Shown piece by piece: positions 25,885 to 36,924 of a stretch of 64,000 bases of DNA (its first letter is position 1; the number at the start of each line of letters is the position of its first letter). The notes under the pieces are model-generated. The model did no database searches. It was not told where the DNA came from and saw only the letters and a list, made by a program, of their open reading frames with translations. The DNA is taken from positions 157,530-221,529 of the forward strand of contig NIVC01000936.1 in assembly GCA_002269645.1 (NCBI GenBank), written 5' to 3'. This stretch comes from Macrostomum lignano. Its lineage: Eukaryota. Made by a program: the position numbers and the translations under genes.

Positions 25885-26235
25885 GTCGTGACGGGTGAGT
25901 GAGGCGCCAAGGGAAGTAGTGGGGCGCCGTGATGGGTGAGTGAGGCGCCAAGGGAAGTAGTGGGGCGCCGTGACGGGTGAGTGAGGCGCCAAGGGAAGTA
26001 GTGAAGCGCCGTGATGAGTGAGTGAGGCGCCAAGGGAAGTAGTGAGGCACCGTGATGGGTAAGTGAGTTGCCAGCAGAGATACTGAGGTGCAAACAGAGA
26101 TACTGAGGCGCAAACAGAGATACTGAGGCGCCAACAGAGATACTGAGGCGCCAGCAGAGATACTGAGGCGCCAGCAGAGATACTGAGGCGAAAACAGAGA
26201 TACTGAGGCGCCAACAGATACTGAGGCGCCAGCAT
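25885..26235. repeat. Adjacent 41-bp (x~4) and 20-bp (x~7) tandem arrays sharing a GAGGCGCCA core
   Basis: GTGAGGCGCCAAGGGAAGTAGTGGGGCGCCGTGATGGGTGA followed by GAGGCGCCARCAGAGATACT units. Confidence 0.9.
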
Positions 26236-27087
26236 TGACAATGACGCGCCACAGTTTCGCATCGGTGTTAGCACATATTAAAACTAAGCGAGCGAGCGAA
26301 CTCTCGAGAAGGCCGGTGCCGGGGAGGGGATGAGGGGAGTTTGCGGCGGCTTATCTATTCGAGGCGGATTCGGGGAGCGCCGCGATGCGAAGTGAAAGAG
26401 CTACGTGACACGGCCGGATAAGGAGATACTCGCTAGCACTCGTTGCCCCATGCCACGGTTGAATGGGCGGCGGCGGCGGCTTCGCTAGAGACCCGAGTGA
26501 GAGCGAAGATGAGCAGAGAGACAGAGAGAGATTCGAAAGCTGAGCTGCTGGGCAGCCACCGCCCCCTCCCTCCATTCTTCCCAAAGCCGGCCGCACTCCA
26601 GCGAGCCGAGCGCCGAGCAGGGCAGGCCCCGATGATTGACTACCTGTCAGATGTGACACTAATCCGGAGCAAAACAGGTCTCCGGTCTGGGGATGGAGAT
26701 GCAGGCGCGATGGGGAAGAGAGAGATTGGCGACCGGCGCGCGGTGGGGATCTGATTAATGGCGGGGAGATTTGCCCGAGCCCTAATCTCTGCCTCATTTG
26801 CTGCTCCATCGCAGCCTCGCAGCCAAAGTCCGGATCAATAGGGGGGGGGGGGGCTTGCGTGCCGCCGCTCTCTTGCAAATGAGGAAATTCGAAAAGACAA
26901 AACAGAGTAAAACCTTGGAAAGATGCAGGATGAAACTCTCTCTCTCTCTCTCTCTCAGCTTGCGTGAGAGATTTTCTAAGAAATTTGGCCACGCCTAATT
27001 GGCCAATTAATCTCTGCGCTCGGCTCGGCTTGGCTGCTTTAATAATTGGAGAAGGCAGGCAACAGGCTGCGGCTCGGGTGCGCGAAT

Positions 27088-27540
27088 TCTCCCTCACTCC
27101 CCCACTCGCTCCCTCACTCTCTCCCTCACTCTCCCCCTCACTCTCTCCCTCACTCGCTCCCTCACTCTCTCCCTCACTCTCCCCCTCACTCTCCCTCTCA
27201 CTTTCCCCTCACTCTCTCCCTCACTCTCCCCCTCACTCTCCCTCTCACTTTCCCCTCACTCTCTACCTCACTCTCCCCCTCACTCTCCTCTCACTTTCCC
27301 CTCACTCTCTACCTCACTCTCCCCCTCACTCTCCCTCTCACTTTCCCCTCACTCTCTACCTCACTCTCCCCCTCACTCTCCCTCTCACTTTCCCCTCACT
27401 CTCTCCCTCACTCTTCCTCACTCTCTCCCTCACTCTCCCTCTCACTTTCCCCTCACTCTCTCCCTCACTCTTCCTCACTCTCTCCCTCTCTCTCCCTCAC
27501 TCTCTCTCTCTCACTCTCTTTCTCGCATTCTCACTCTCTC
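27088..27540. repeat. CT-rich minisatellite (CCCTCACTCT-type units)
   Basis: Direct reading. Confidence 0.9.
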
Positions 27541-28138
27541 CGTCTCACTTTAACCTTTTGTCTATCTCATTCCCTCTGCCTTTCCCCCTCTCTTCTTCTC
27601 TCCTACTCCCCAAGGAATTCCTCAAGAATCAATGGGTGCAGGTTGAGCTAGACCAGACTCTTGGCTCCCACACTTTCGATGCAGAAATTTTTCAAACACA
27701 GTTTTTCCTTAACATTTGTTTTTTTGTTTTTTTTCTTCGTTCTGTTTCGCACTCCTTCTTCTGCCAAGCTGTCACAGAGTCTCCTGATTTGGGACAGGAC
27801 GGCAACTGGAAGCTTTTCAGATATTTTTGCTTGGATACCAGGCCTCTGCAGTTCCTTCTGCTTCTGCAGCTCCCAAGGTCTGCAACAGATTCTGGAATTA
27901 GTGAATTTGCCAATTTTTTTCTAATAAGAAAGTCAGCAACGGAGCGGGGCCTGGAGTTGCTCTGCAGAAATGTTCCAGTCGATATTTCCGCTTTCTGGTT
28001 CAAATGTTTTTGACACAATCTCTTCTTTTAGAAGTGAGACGTTTGACGAGCAGATGGGAAAAGTAGTGAACTGATTCTGCTCTGACTCTTTGGCGAGTTT
28101 TATCTATGTAAAATACCCCAATGTACGTAGTGAAATAT

Positions 28139-29372
28139 TAGGGGCTTCGCCACCGGGAGGGACAGGGGGACATGTCCCCCACAGTAAAAGTTGTGGGGGG
28201 GGACATGCCAATGCTTTGTCCCCCTCACCCAACCTCATGACCCGTTATGAAAATCAATAATTTTGCTTCAGGGTGACAAAATATAGTGCCTGTGGCGCTA
28301 AATGATTGCCTGCCGCGCTAAAATGAGTGCCTGCGGCGCTAAATGAGTGCCTGTGGCGCTAAATGATTGCCTGCCGCGCTAAAATGAGTGCCTGTGGCGC
28401 TAAAATGAGTGCTTGTGGCGCTAAAATGAGTGCCTGTGGCGCTAAAATGAGTGCCTGTGGCGCTAAAATGATTGCCTGTGGCGCTAAAATGAGTGCCTGT
28501 GGCGCTAAAATGATTGCCTGCCGCGCTAAAATGAGTGCCTGCGGCGCTAAATGATTGCCTGCCGCGCTAAAATGAGTGCCTGTGGCGCTAAAATGATTGC
28601 CTGCGGCGCTAAACTGAGTGCCTGCGGCGCTAAATGATTGCCTGCGGCGCTAAAATGAGTGCCTGCGGCGCTAAAATGATTGCCTGCCGCGCTAAAATGA
28701 GTGCCTGTGGCGCTAAAATGATTGCCTGCGGCGCTAAAATGAGTGCCTGCGGCGCTAAATGATTGCCTGCCGCGCTAAAATGAGTGCCTGTGGCGCTAAA
28801 ATGATTGCCTGCGGCGCTAAACTGAGTGCCTGCGGCGCTAAATGATTGCCTGCGGCGCTAAAATGAGTGCCTGCGGCGCTAAATGATTGCCTGCGGCGCT
28901 AAAATGAGTGCCTGTTGCGCTAAAATGAGTGCCTGTGGCGCTAAAATGATTGCCTGCGGCGCTAAAATGAGTGCCTGCGGCGCTAAATGATTGCCTGCGG
29001 CGCTTAAATGAGTGCCTGTTGCGCTAAAATGAGTGCCTGTGGCGCTAAAATGATTGCCTGCGGCGCTAAAATGAGTGCCTGCGGCGCTAAATGATTGCCT
29101 GCGGCGCTTAAATGATTGCCTGTGGCGCTAAAATGAGTGCCTGCGGCGCTAAAATGATTGCCTGCGGCGCTAAAATGAGTGCTTGCGGCGCTAAATGATT
29201 GCCTGCGGCGCTAAAATGAGTGCCTGTGGCGCTAAAATGATTGCCTGCGGCGCTAAAATGAGTGCCTGCGGCGCTGACAACACCGATTCTAAAAAGAATA
29301 TGTACGAGCGTACATGTACATGTAGAATTCTTGGCTTTGTCCCCCTATCAAAAAACCATGGCGACGCCCCTG
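28139..29372. mobile_element. Putative non-autonomous DNA transposon with short TIRs, filled by a 20/21-bp minisatellite
   Basis: Left end AGGGGCTTCGCCA versus reverse complement of right end AGGGGCGTCGCCA (12/13); subterminal GGGGGACA/TGTCCCCC motifs at both ends; no clear TSD. Confidence 0.55.
28285..29275. repeat. 21-bp minisatellite (GCGCTAAAATGAGTGCCTGTG)n
   Basis: Direct reading. Confidence 0.96.
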
Positions 29373-29809
29373 AGCATGATAAGCATAGATTGAAAATCAA
29401 TCTATGTTTGATGCTGCAAGATTATAATAAACTCTATAAGCTTAAGCTGAAACAAAAAAAACATGATTTGAGCACAAATTGAGTCAGTCGAAAAACTCAG
29501 GAAAACATTAGCAAGCCCATTAAAGCGGCAGACAATGGAGTACCTGAACTCCACGTGAAATAAAGTTTTTTTCCTATCCCAAAGCTTTTAGCAGGGAAAA
29601 ATTGTTAAATTCCCAAATCACTGCTGTTCCCACCGACAGAAATTAATTCTTTACAACTTTCCTCCATTGTGTCCGACTCCTGCCGTATTGGGAATAATAA
29701 TGGCTGCATTTTTATGCAATTAGCCATTTAGTAGCGATGAGAAAAATTCTTCACTGCAGACTAAAAATTCTACAAAAAAACTGCCTAATTATCTTTCTAA
29801 AGCAGAACT

Positions 29810-30570
29810 CATCACAAACTAGGCACTTCACAAACTAGATGATTCACAAATTTGACACTTCACAAACTAAAAACTTTTTCACAAACTATAAGATTTACAA
29901 GCTTGACAATTCACAAACTAGACAATTCACAAACTGGACAATTCACAAGCTAGACAGTTCACAAACTAGACAGTTCACAAACTAGACAGTTCACAAACTA
30001 GACATTTCACAAACTAGACAGTTCACAAACTAGACAGTTCACAAACTAGACAGTTCACAAACTAGACAGTTCACAAACTAGACAGTTCACAAACTAGACA
30101 GTTCACAAACTAGACATTTCACAAACTAGACAGTTCACAAACTAGACAGTTCACAAACTAGACATTTCACAAACTAGACAGTTCACAAACTAGACAGTTC
30201 ACAAACTAGACAGTTCACAAACTAGACAGTTCACAAACTAGACAGTTCACAAACTAGACATTTCACAAACTAGACAGTTCACAAACTAGACAGTTCACAA
30301 ACTAGACAGTTCACAAACTAGACATTTCACAAACTAGACAGTTCACAAACTAGACAGTTCACAAACTAGACAGTTCACAAACTAGACAGTTCACAAACTA
30401 GACAGTTCACAAACTAGACAGTTCACAAACTAGACATTTCACAAACTAGACAGTTCACAAACTAGACAGTTCACAAACTAGACAGTTCACAAACTAGACA
30501 GTTCACAAACTCGACAGTTCACAAACTGGTCAATTCACAAACTGGTCAATTCACAAAGTGGATAATTCAC
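29810..30570. repeat. 16-bp minisatellite (TTCACAAACTAGACAG)n
   Basis: Direct reading. Confidence 0.96.
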
Positions 30571-31116
30571 AGACTATAAGCTCCGAAAACTACAGTCCTA
30601 TCATTTCTAACAATCTATGATATTAATATAAGGCAGTTACAGCAAAAATTATAGTTCCTGGTGTCCTTGAATTACGTCTTGTTGGCACTGCAGCGGCGTT
30701 TACACAATCGAGGGAACAGGCAAGTGGATAGTATTTGTTGCCAGGCGCGACCACTCAAACTGATAAGCCAGATGATGGTAACATACTTGTAACTTTGGGC
30801 ATCCGGTTTGGTCAGCATTTTGTAAACGGAAGCAATTGTAAATTCTTGAATTTTGGTTTGGGCGCCAGGAAGATCAAGTGGATTGCTAGACTGGCTGGTA
30901 GACAGCGGCTGGGATGGGACCAATGAATTAGGTCAGGTCAAATCTGGCAATTTAAACCACTGTTAACTGACTGTGCAGGCCTGGTGTAAACACTTCCCAC
31001 GATGGGATGAGGGAAATTGGATGGCTAATGGAAGATTGGGATTATGGGATAGCGCTGGAATGAATCACAGAGACCAACTATTTGACAGCGGCATAGGGAG
31101 ACGCTGTCAGACAACA

Positions 31117-32508
31117 GGGTGAGGCTCAGAAAGGGTGAGAGAGTGAGACAGAGTGAGATAGTGAGACAGGGGAAGAGAGTGAGCCAGGGTGAGAGAGTGA
31201 GACGGGGTGAGATAGTGAGACGGGGGAAGAGAGTGAGACGGGGTGAGATAGTGAGACAGAATGAGAGACAGGGTGAGAGAGTGAGACGGGGTGAGATAGT
31301 GAGACAGGGTGAGAGACAGGGTGAGAGAGTGAGACGGGGTGAGATAGTGAGACAGGGTGAGAGACAGGGAGAGAGAGTGAGACGGGGTGAAACAGTGAGA
31401 CAGGGTGAGAGACAGGGAGAGAGAGTGAGACGGAGTGAAACAGTGAGACAGGGTGAGAGACAGGGAGAGAGAGTGAGACGGGGTGAGAGAGTGGGACAGG
31501 GTGAGAGACAGGGAGAGAGAGTGAGACGGGGTGAGAGATTGGGACAGGGTGAGAGACAGGGAGAGAGAGTGAGACGGGGTGAGATAATGAGTCAGGGTGA
31601 GAGACAGGGGAAGAGAGTGGGACAGGGTGAGACAGTGAGATATGGTGAGAGAGTGAGACAGGGTGAGACAGTGAGACATGGTGAGAGAGTGAGACGGGGT
31701 GAGATAATGAGTCAGGGTGAGAGACAGGGAGAGAGAGTGAGACGGGGTGAGATAGTGAGACAGGGTGAGAGACAGGGTGAGAGAGTGAGACGGGGTGAGA
31801 TAGTGAGACAGGGTGAGAGACAGGGAGAGAGAGTGAGACGGGGTGAGAGAGTGGGACAGGGTGAGAGACAGGGAGAGAGAGTGAGACGGGGTGAGATAAT
31901 GAGTCAGGGTGAGAGACAGGGGAAGAGAGTGGGACAGGGTGAGACAGTGAGATATGGTGAGAGAGTGAGACAGGGTGAGACAGTGAGACATGGTGAGAGA
32001 GTGAGACGGGGTGAGATAGTGAGACAGGGTGAGAGACAGGGTGAGAGAGTGAGACGGGGTGAGATAGTGAGACAGGGTGAGAGACAGGGAGAGAGAGTGA
32101 GACGGGGTGAGAGATTGGGACAGGGTGAGACAGTGAGACATGGTGAGAGAGTGAGACGGGGTGAGAGAGTGGGACAGGGTGAGAGACAGGGAGAGAGAGT
32201 GAGACGGGGTGAGAGATTGGGACAGGGTGAGACAGTGAGACATGGTGAGAGAGTGAGACGGGGTGAGATAATGAGTCAGGGTGAGAGACAGGGGAAGAGA
32301 GTGGGACAGGGTGAGACAGTGAGATATGGTGAGAGAGTGAGACGGGGTGAGATAATGAGTCAGGGTGAGAGACAGGGGAAGAGAGTGGGACAGGGTGAGA
32401 CAGTGAGATATGGTGAGAGAGTGAGACGGGGTGAGATAATGAGTCAGGGTGAGAGACAGGGGAAGAGAGTGAGACAAGGTGAGACAGTGAGACAAGGTGA
32501 GAGAGAGT
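31117..32508. repeat. Complex minisatellite of GTGAGACAGG/GTGAGAGA modules (purine-rich on +)
   Basis: Direct reading. Confidence 0.95.
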
Positions 32509-32894
32509 AAAAAAAAGCTGACTGCTCTAGACAAAACGATGCTCCAAACTTCGGTGACCATTTCTGCCCAGAAAGGTGCATCAGTTCAGTAAAAAAGGCT
32601 ACGAATTCTGGTAGTTAATTAAGCAATCAGCTGAACTGGTCTGTCCCAAGTTGGTTTAATTCAGATCGTTAATAAACTCCCGGATTTGCATCGGATCGCT
32701 AGGCAGACTTAATTAACGACTCCGCCTGGCTGCCAGTGGAGCAGAGAATGGCGAATCAAATGCAGCTCATCAAAGAGCTCATCAAAAATCTCCTGCTCGT
32801 ACCCTGCCAACAGTCTAGGATTAAGAAGGTCCGGCCTGTCCTCCAAGCTATGAGACTGCAAGAGTCTGCAAATTTATTCAACTGGCTTTCTGTC

Positions 32895-33545
32895 CCTGAG
32901 TCTCACTGTCTGACCCTGTCTCACTCTCACACTGTCTCACTCTCACCCTGTCGCACTCTCTCACCCTGTCTCACTCTCTCACCCTGTCTCACTGTCTCGC
33001 CCTGCCTCACTCTCTCGCCCCGTCTCACTCTCTCACCCTGTCTCACTGTCTCGCCCTGTCTCACTCTCACCCTGCCTCACTCTCTCGCCCCGTCTCACTC
33101 TCTCGCCCCGTCTCACTCTCTCACCCTGTCTCACTGTCTCGCCCTGTCTCACTCTCACCCTATCTCACTCTCACCCTGTCTCACTCTCTCGCCCCGTCTC
33201 ACTCTCTCACCCTGTCTCACTGTCTCGCCCTGTCTCACTCTCACCCTATCTCACTCTCACCCTGTCTCACTCTCTCACCCTGTCTCATTGTCTGACCCTG
33301 TCTCACTCTCACCCTGTCTCACTGTCTGACCCTGTCTCACTCTCGCCCTGTCTCACTCTTTCACCCTGTCTCACTCTCACCCTGTCTCACTCTCACCCTG
33401 TCTCACTCTCTCACCCTGTCTCACTCTCTCACCCTCTCTCACCCTATCTCACTCTCTCACCCTATCTCACTCTCTCACCCTATCTCACTCTCTCACCCTA
33501 TCTCACTCTCTCACCCTGTCTCACTCTCTCACCCTGTCCCTATTT
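32895..33545. repeat. Same family as 31117-32508 in opposite orientation (TCTCACCCTGTCTCAC)
   Basis: Reverse complement of the preceding array. Confidence 0.93.
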
Positions 33546-34070
33546 CACTCATGGTCAGAGCCGTGACCATTAAGTCACGCTACTGATGCTGTCAATCGCA
33601 CATCAAAACACCAGCAGCCACACAGTTGCTTGCATCTCGCGCACAAGCCCTACAAGAGACTGTCAGTTCCCCCAGCCCATACTCGTAATTAGCGCAGTGC
33701 AAGTCTCGCAGTCTCTCTGGGCTTTGGTCCCCTGTGCCAGCAGTGGATTTCAAACAACCACCAACTGCATTCCAGCTCGGAGTCAGCTGTCTGGCTTGAC
33801 AACTCGGCCATGAGAGAGAGAAATGGAGAGGGGGCAAGACAGGATCCGAAAGATGCTGGAATTTTAGCGCGGCAGAATTACGTATCGACAAAGGCGGAGT
33901 TTTTCGGACGGTACAAGCTAGAACGTTTCACCGGCGGCTCGGAAGAGAGGGGAGGTCAAGGAGGCCCACTAACGACCGTCTGGAGTGCGGTCCTTTCCTC
34001 TCAGACCTTAGTTTTCAGACAATTACTTACACAGTCAAAGCTCTTTCAGGGTGTACATGTACAGCTAAAA

Positions 34071-34346
34071 GGAGGTTGTAGCCCAGTGGTTAGAGCGTCG
34101 GACTCGCGACTGAAAGGTCGGGAGTTCGATTCCCGATTCCATTGGAACAATTTGTGTCCTTGAGCAAGACACAAAACTCTGCATTGCTTCAGTTCACTCG
34201 GCTGTAAAATGGGTAATTGAAGATGTGTGTGGCGACCCCCCCCCCGGTCCTTGCCTTCAGATGCGCCGCGCAATAGCTGCGGCTGAGCTGTCGGTTGCAC
34301 ATCTGTCTCAATTGGAGCAGGTGTAATCAATTATTATTATATATTC
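34071..34346 (+). mobile_element. tRNA-derived SINE, copy 2 (intact head), CORE/Meta/V-like domain, (ATT)n tail
   Basis: A box TAGCCCAGTGG, B box GTTCGATTCC, tRNA-like 5' ~70 nt, shared body with 12019-12323, ATTATTATT tail. Confidence 0.88.
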
Positions 34347-35065
34347 TGAATGGCACTGAATGGCCTCCTTAGTGTATAAAAAAAGTTCTAGTGCGCGAGG
34401 ATTGCGCACTCCTGACTCCCAGTTTTGAATCTCCCTGGCCGAAGGCGGAAACAGCTGCATATGGCACCGGCGCTTCTCTCATTCTTTCCTCCTAAATATT
34501 CCCCTTTTTCCATCCGCTGTTTGGTTGCCATGCCAAGGGGTTGTGTGGGGAGGCGGGGCAAATCCCAAATCCCTTTCCTTCCAAGGGTAAGCGCCCCCCG
34601 CTGACATTTCAAAAGCTACCGAGGCCGCCCCCCCCCCCAGCCTCTCCAGCCGAAACACTCGCGCCACTAGCGGCTCGGTAACAGAAACAGCCTCTCTGCA
34701 GATGCAGGGGGAGACTGAGAGAGGGGCGAGTTTTCCGCATTCCAACAATCTCTGCATAACCCGTGTTGGAAATTCGCGATTGTCCTGCCCCGCCACCCCA
34801 CGGCTAACAACTGGCCTCGGTCGGGGTTCGGCCGGCTCGCGAGCGCGCCGCGCCTGCCCGATCATTAGCAGGTTGGAGGCGTCCCGCTGTGCGTTTGGGC
34901 TGGGCGGCCGCTTCCAGCTGCTACTGCCGCCCATCCAGCAATAATATAACAGCTATAATCTGATAGCCATTGTCTGCCCTGATCGGAGCTGCCCCCCCCC
35001 TGATTTATTGTGTCCGCTGATCACCGATTTGTTTCAACTGCTGCCGGCCATATATCACTCTTATA

Positions 35066-35597
35066 GTCTCACTCTCTCACCCTGTCACTCTCACCCTGTC
35101 TCACTCTCACCCTGTCTCACTCTCACCCTGTCTCACTCTCACCCTGTCTCACTCTCACCTTGTCTCACTCTCACCCTGTCTCACTCTCACCCTGTCTCAC
35201 TCTCACCCTGTCTCACTCTCACCCTGTCTCACTCTCACACCCCGTCTCACTGTCTCACCCGTCTCACTCTCTCACCCTGTCTTACTCTCTCACCCTGTCT
35301 CACTCTCTCGCCCCGTCTCACTGTCTCACCCCGTCTCACTCTCTCACCCTGTCTCACTGTCTCGCCCCGTCTCACTGTCTTACCCTGTCTCACTCTCTCA
35401 CCCTGTCTCACTGTCTCACCCAGTCTCACTCTCTCGCCCCGTCTCACTCTCTCACCCTGTCTCACTGTCTCACCCTGTTTCACTGTCTCGCCCTGTCTCA
35501 CTCTCTACCCCTGTCTCACTCTCTACCCCTGTCTCACTCTCACACTGTCTCACTCTCACCCTGTCTCACTCTCACCCTGTCTCACTCTCACCCTGTC
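35066..35597. repeat. Third array of the TCACCCTGTCTC family
   Basis: Direct reading. Confidence 0.93.
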
Positions 35598-36719
35598 TAA
35601 TCTCAATTTAAAACACACCAAGACGCGCAAGCCGCAGTGAAGTTGTTAGTCTACACATACTAAAGACACACGCAATAGAATCTTCATGTATTTATATTTA
35701 AATATAATTATCATTTCTTTGACATTCCAGCTGACCCAGCTTAGGTTAGCAATGTCAAATCATACGCCTGTGACGGGACACTTGAGAAAAGTTTGGATGC
35801 ACAAGCAAACATTTTATCTTATTCAATATTAGCAGAGCTCATTAATTCATCAATGTTTGAAGCGGTACTGCATAGATACAGAGCTACATATTATTTGTGT
35901 GGGGAGACACGGGTGCGCTGGCGGACAAGCAATGACAGACAAGAGATTTCTGGGCGCGAAGCGGTGTCAGGGAGGGTGGGGAACCGTTGCTTTATCAAAG
36001 CCAAAGCGAAAGAGAAAGATTTAAAAAACACACGGCACAGAGAGTGTCCTCAACAAAGACTGACAAACATGTAGTCTTGAGATTTTCAATATTATTTATG
36101 CAAAGCGAAAAACTTACAATAGGCAAATAGACGGGTTGAAACTGAACATCTTTGCTGAGATGTTATTAATTTGTCAATAGCGCTGAGCGCTTGACTGGCG
36201 GAGCAAAGTGAACTGTGAATAAACAGGAACAAGAGACCCTCAGCGGCACTTCAGCAGTCTCTGTCTCTCCCTCTCCCTCTCTCCCTCTCTCCCTCTCTCT
36301 CTCGTTAGCGCAAAAATCACCAACAACTCAGAAAGCCACCCGCGCCTCAAACAAAAGCAATTGCTGTGTTCAGAATGCGTTCGAGTAGCTTTGAGTTGCT
36401 TCGGGAGAGAAACATGTACAGATTATGTGAGCGATGGGATTTTGGGAGCGGGAACAATGGCTATCTGACAATGCGACATATTTATATTGTATACCGGCCA
36501 AACAATGCCCCTAGAGTTAATACCATGGAATTTATGGGAAGTATGCTCGAATGGGATAAAAATTGAGTCATCGAGTCGCCGGCAGGATCCGGGAACGGGG
36601 GGGGGGAGAAGGATGCGGGCCAAGCCAGGTCCATCCATCATCCTGCTTTCCCGCCGGTGTCTGCGGCGAAACAATGCTGTCTCCGGGTTGCACAAGGGCT
36701 AGGGAAGGAAAGGGAGAGA

Positions 36720-36825
36720 CAAAGAGAGATCGAGAGAGAAGGAGAGTGGGAGAGGGAGAGAGGGAGAGAGAGAGAGGGAGAGGGAGAGGGAGAGGGAGAG
36801 GGAGATGGAGAGGGGGAGAGAGAGT
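36720..36825. repeat. (GAGAGG)n simple repeat in the putative Meis 3' UTR
   Basis: Direct reading. Confidence 0.85.
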
Positions 36826-36924
36826 AATCAAGATAGTGTAAAGATGCTCTGTTAATCCGGGGATTAAGCTGCTCGGTACGAGGGGGAATCGAATGGTTAG
36901 GAACAGTCAGTCGGTTTTTCGGCG

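Noticed and set aside
31107-33329. Long ORFs (GERVRRGE.../SLTLSH...)
   Set aside because: Minisatellite translations with no splice context or domain.
34071-34142. tRNA gene
   Set aside because: Has A/B boxes but an imperfect cloverleaf and continues into a body shared with 12019-12323, so it is a SINE head.
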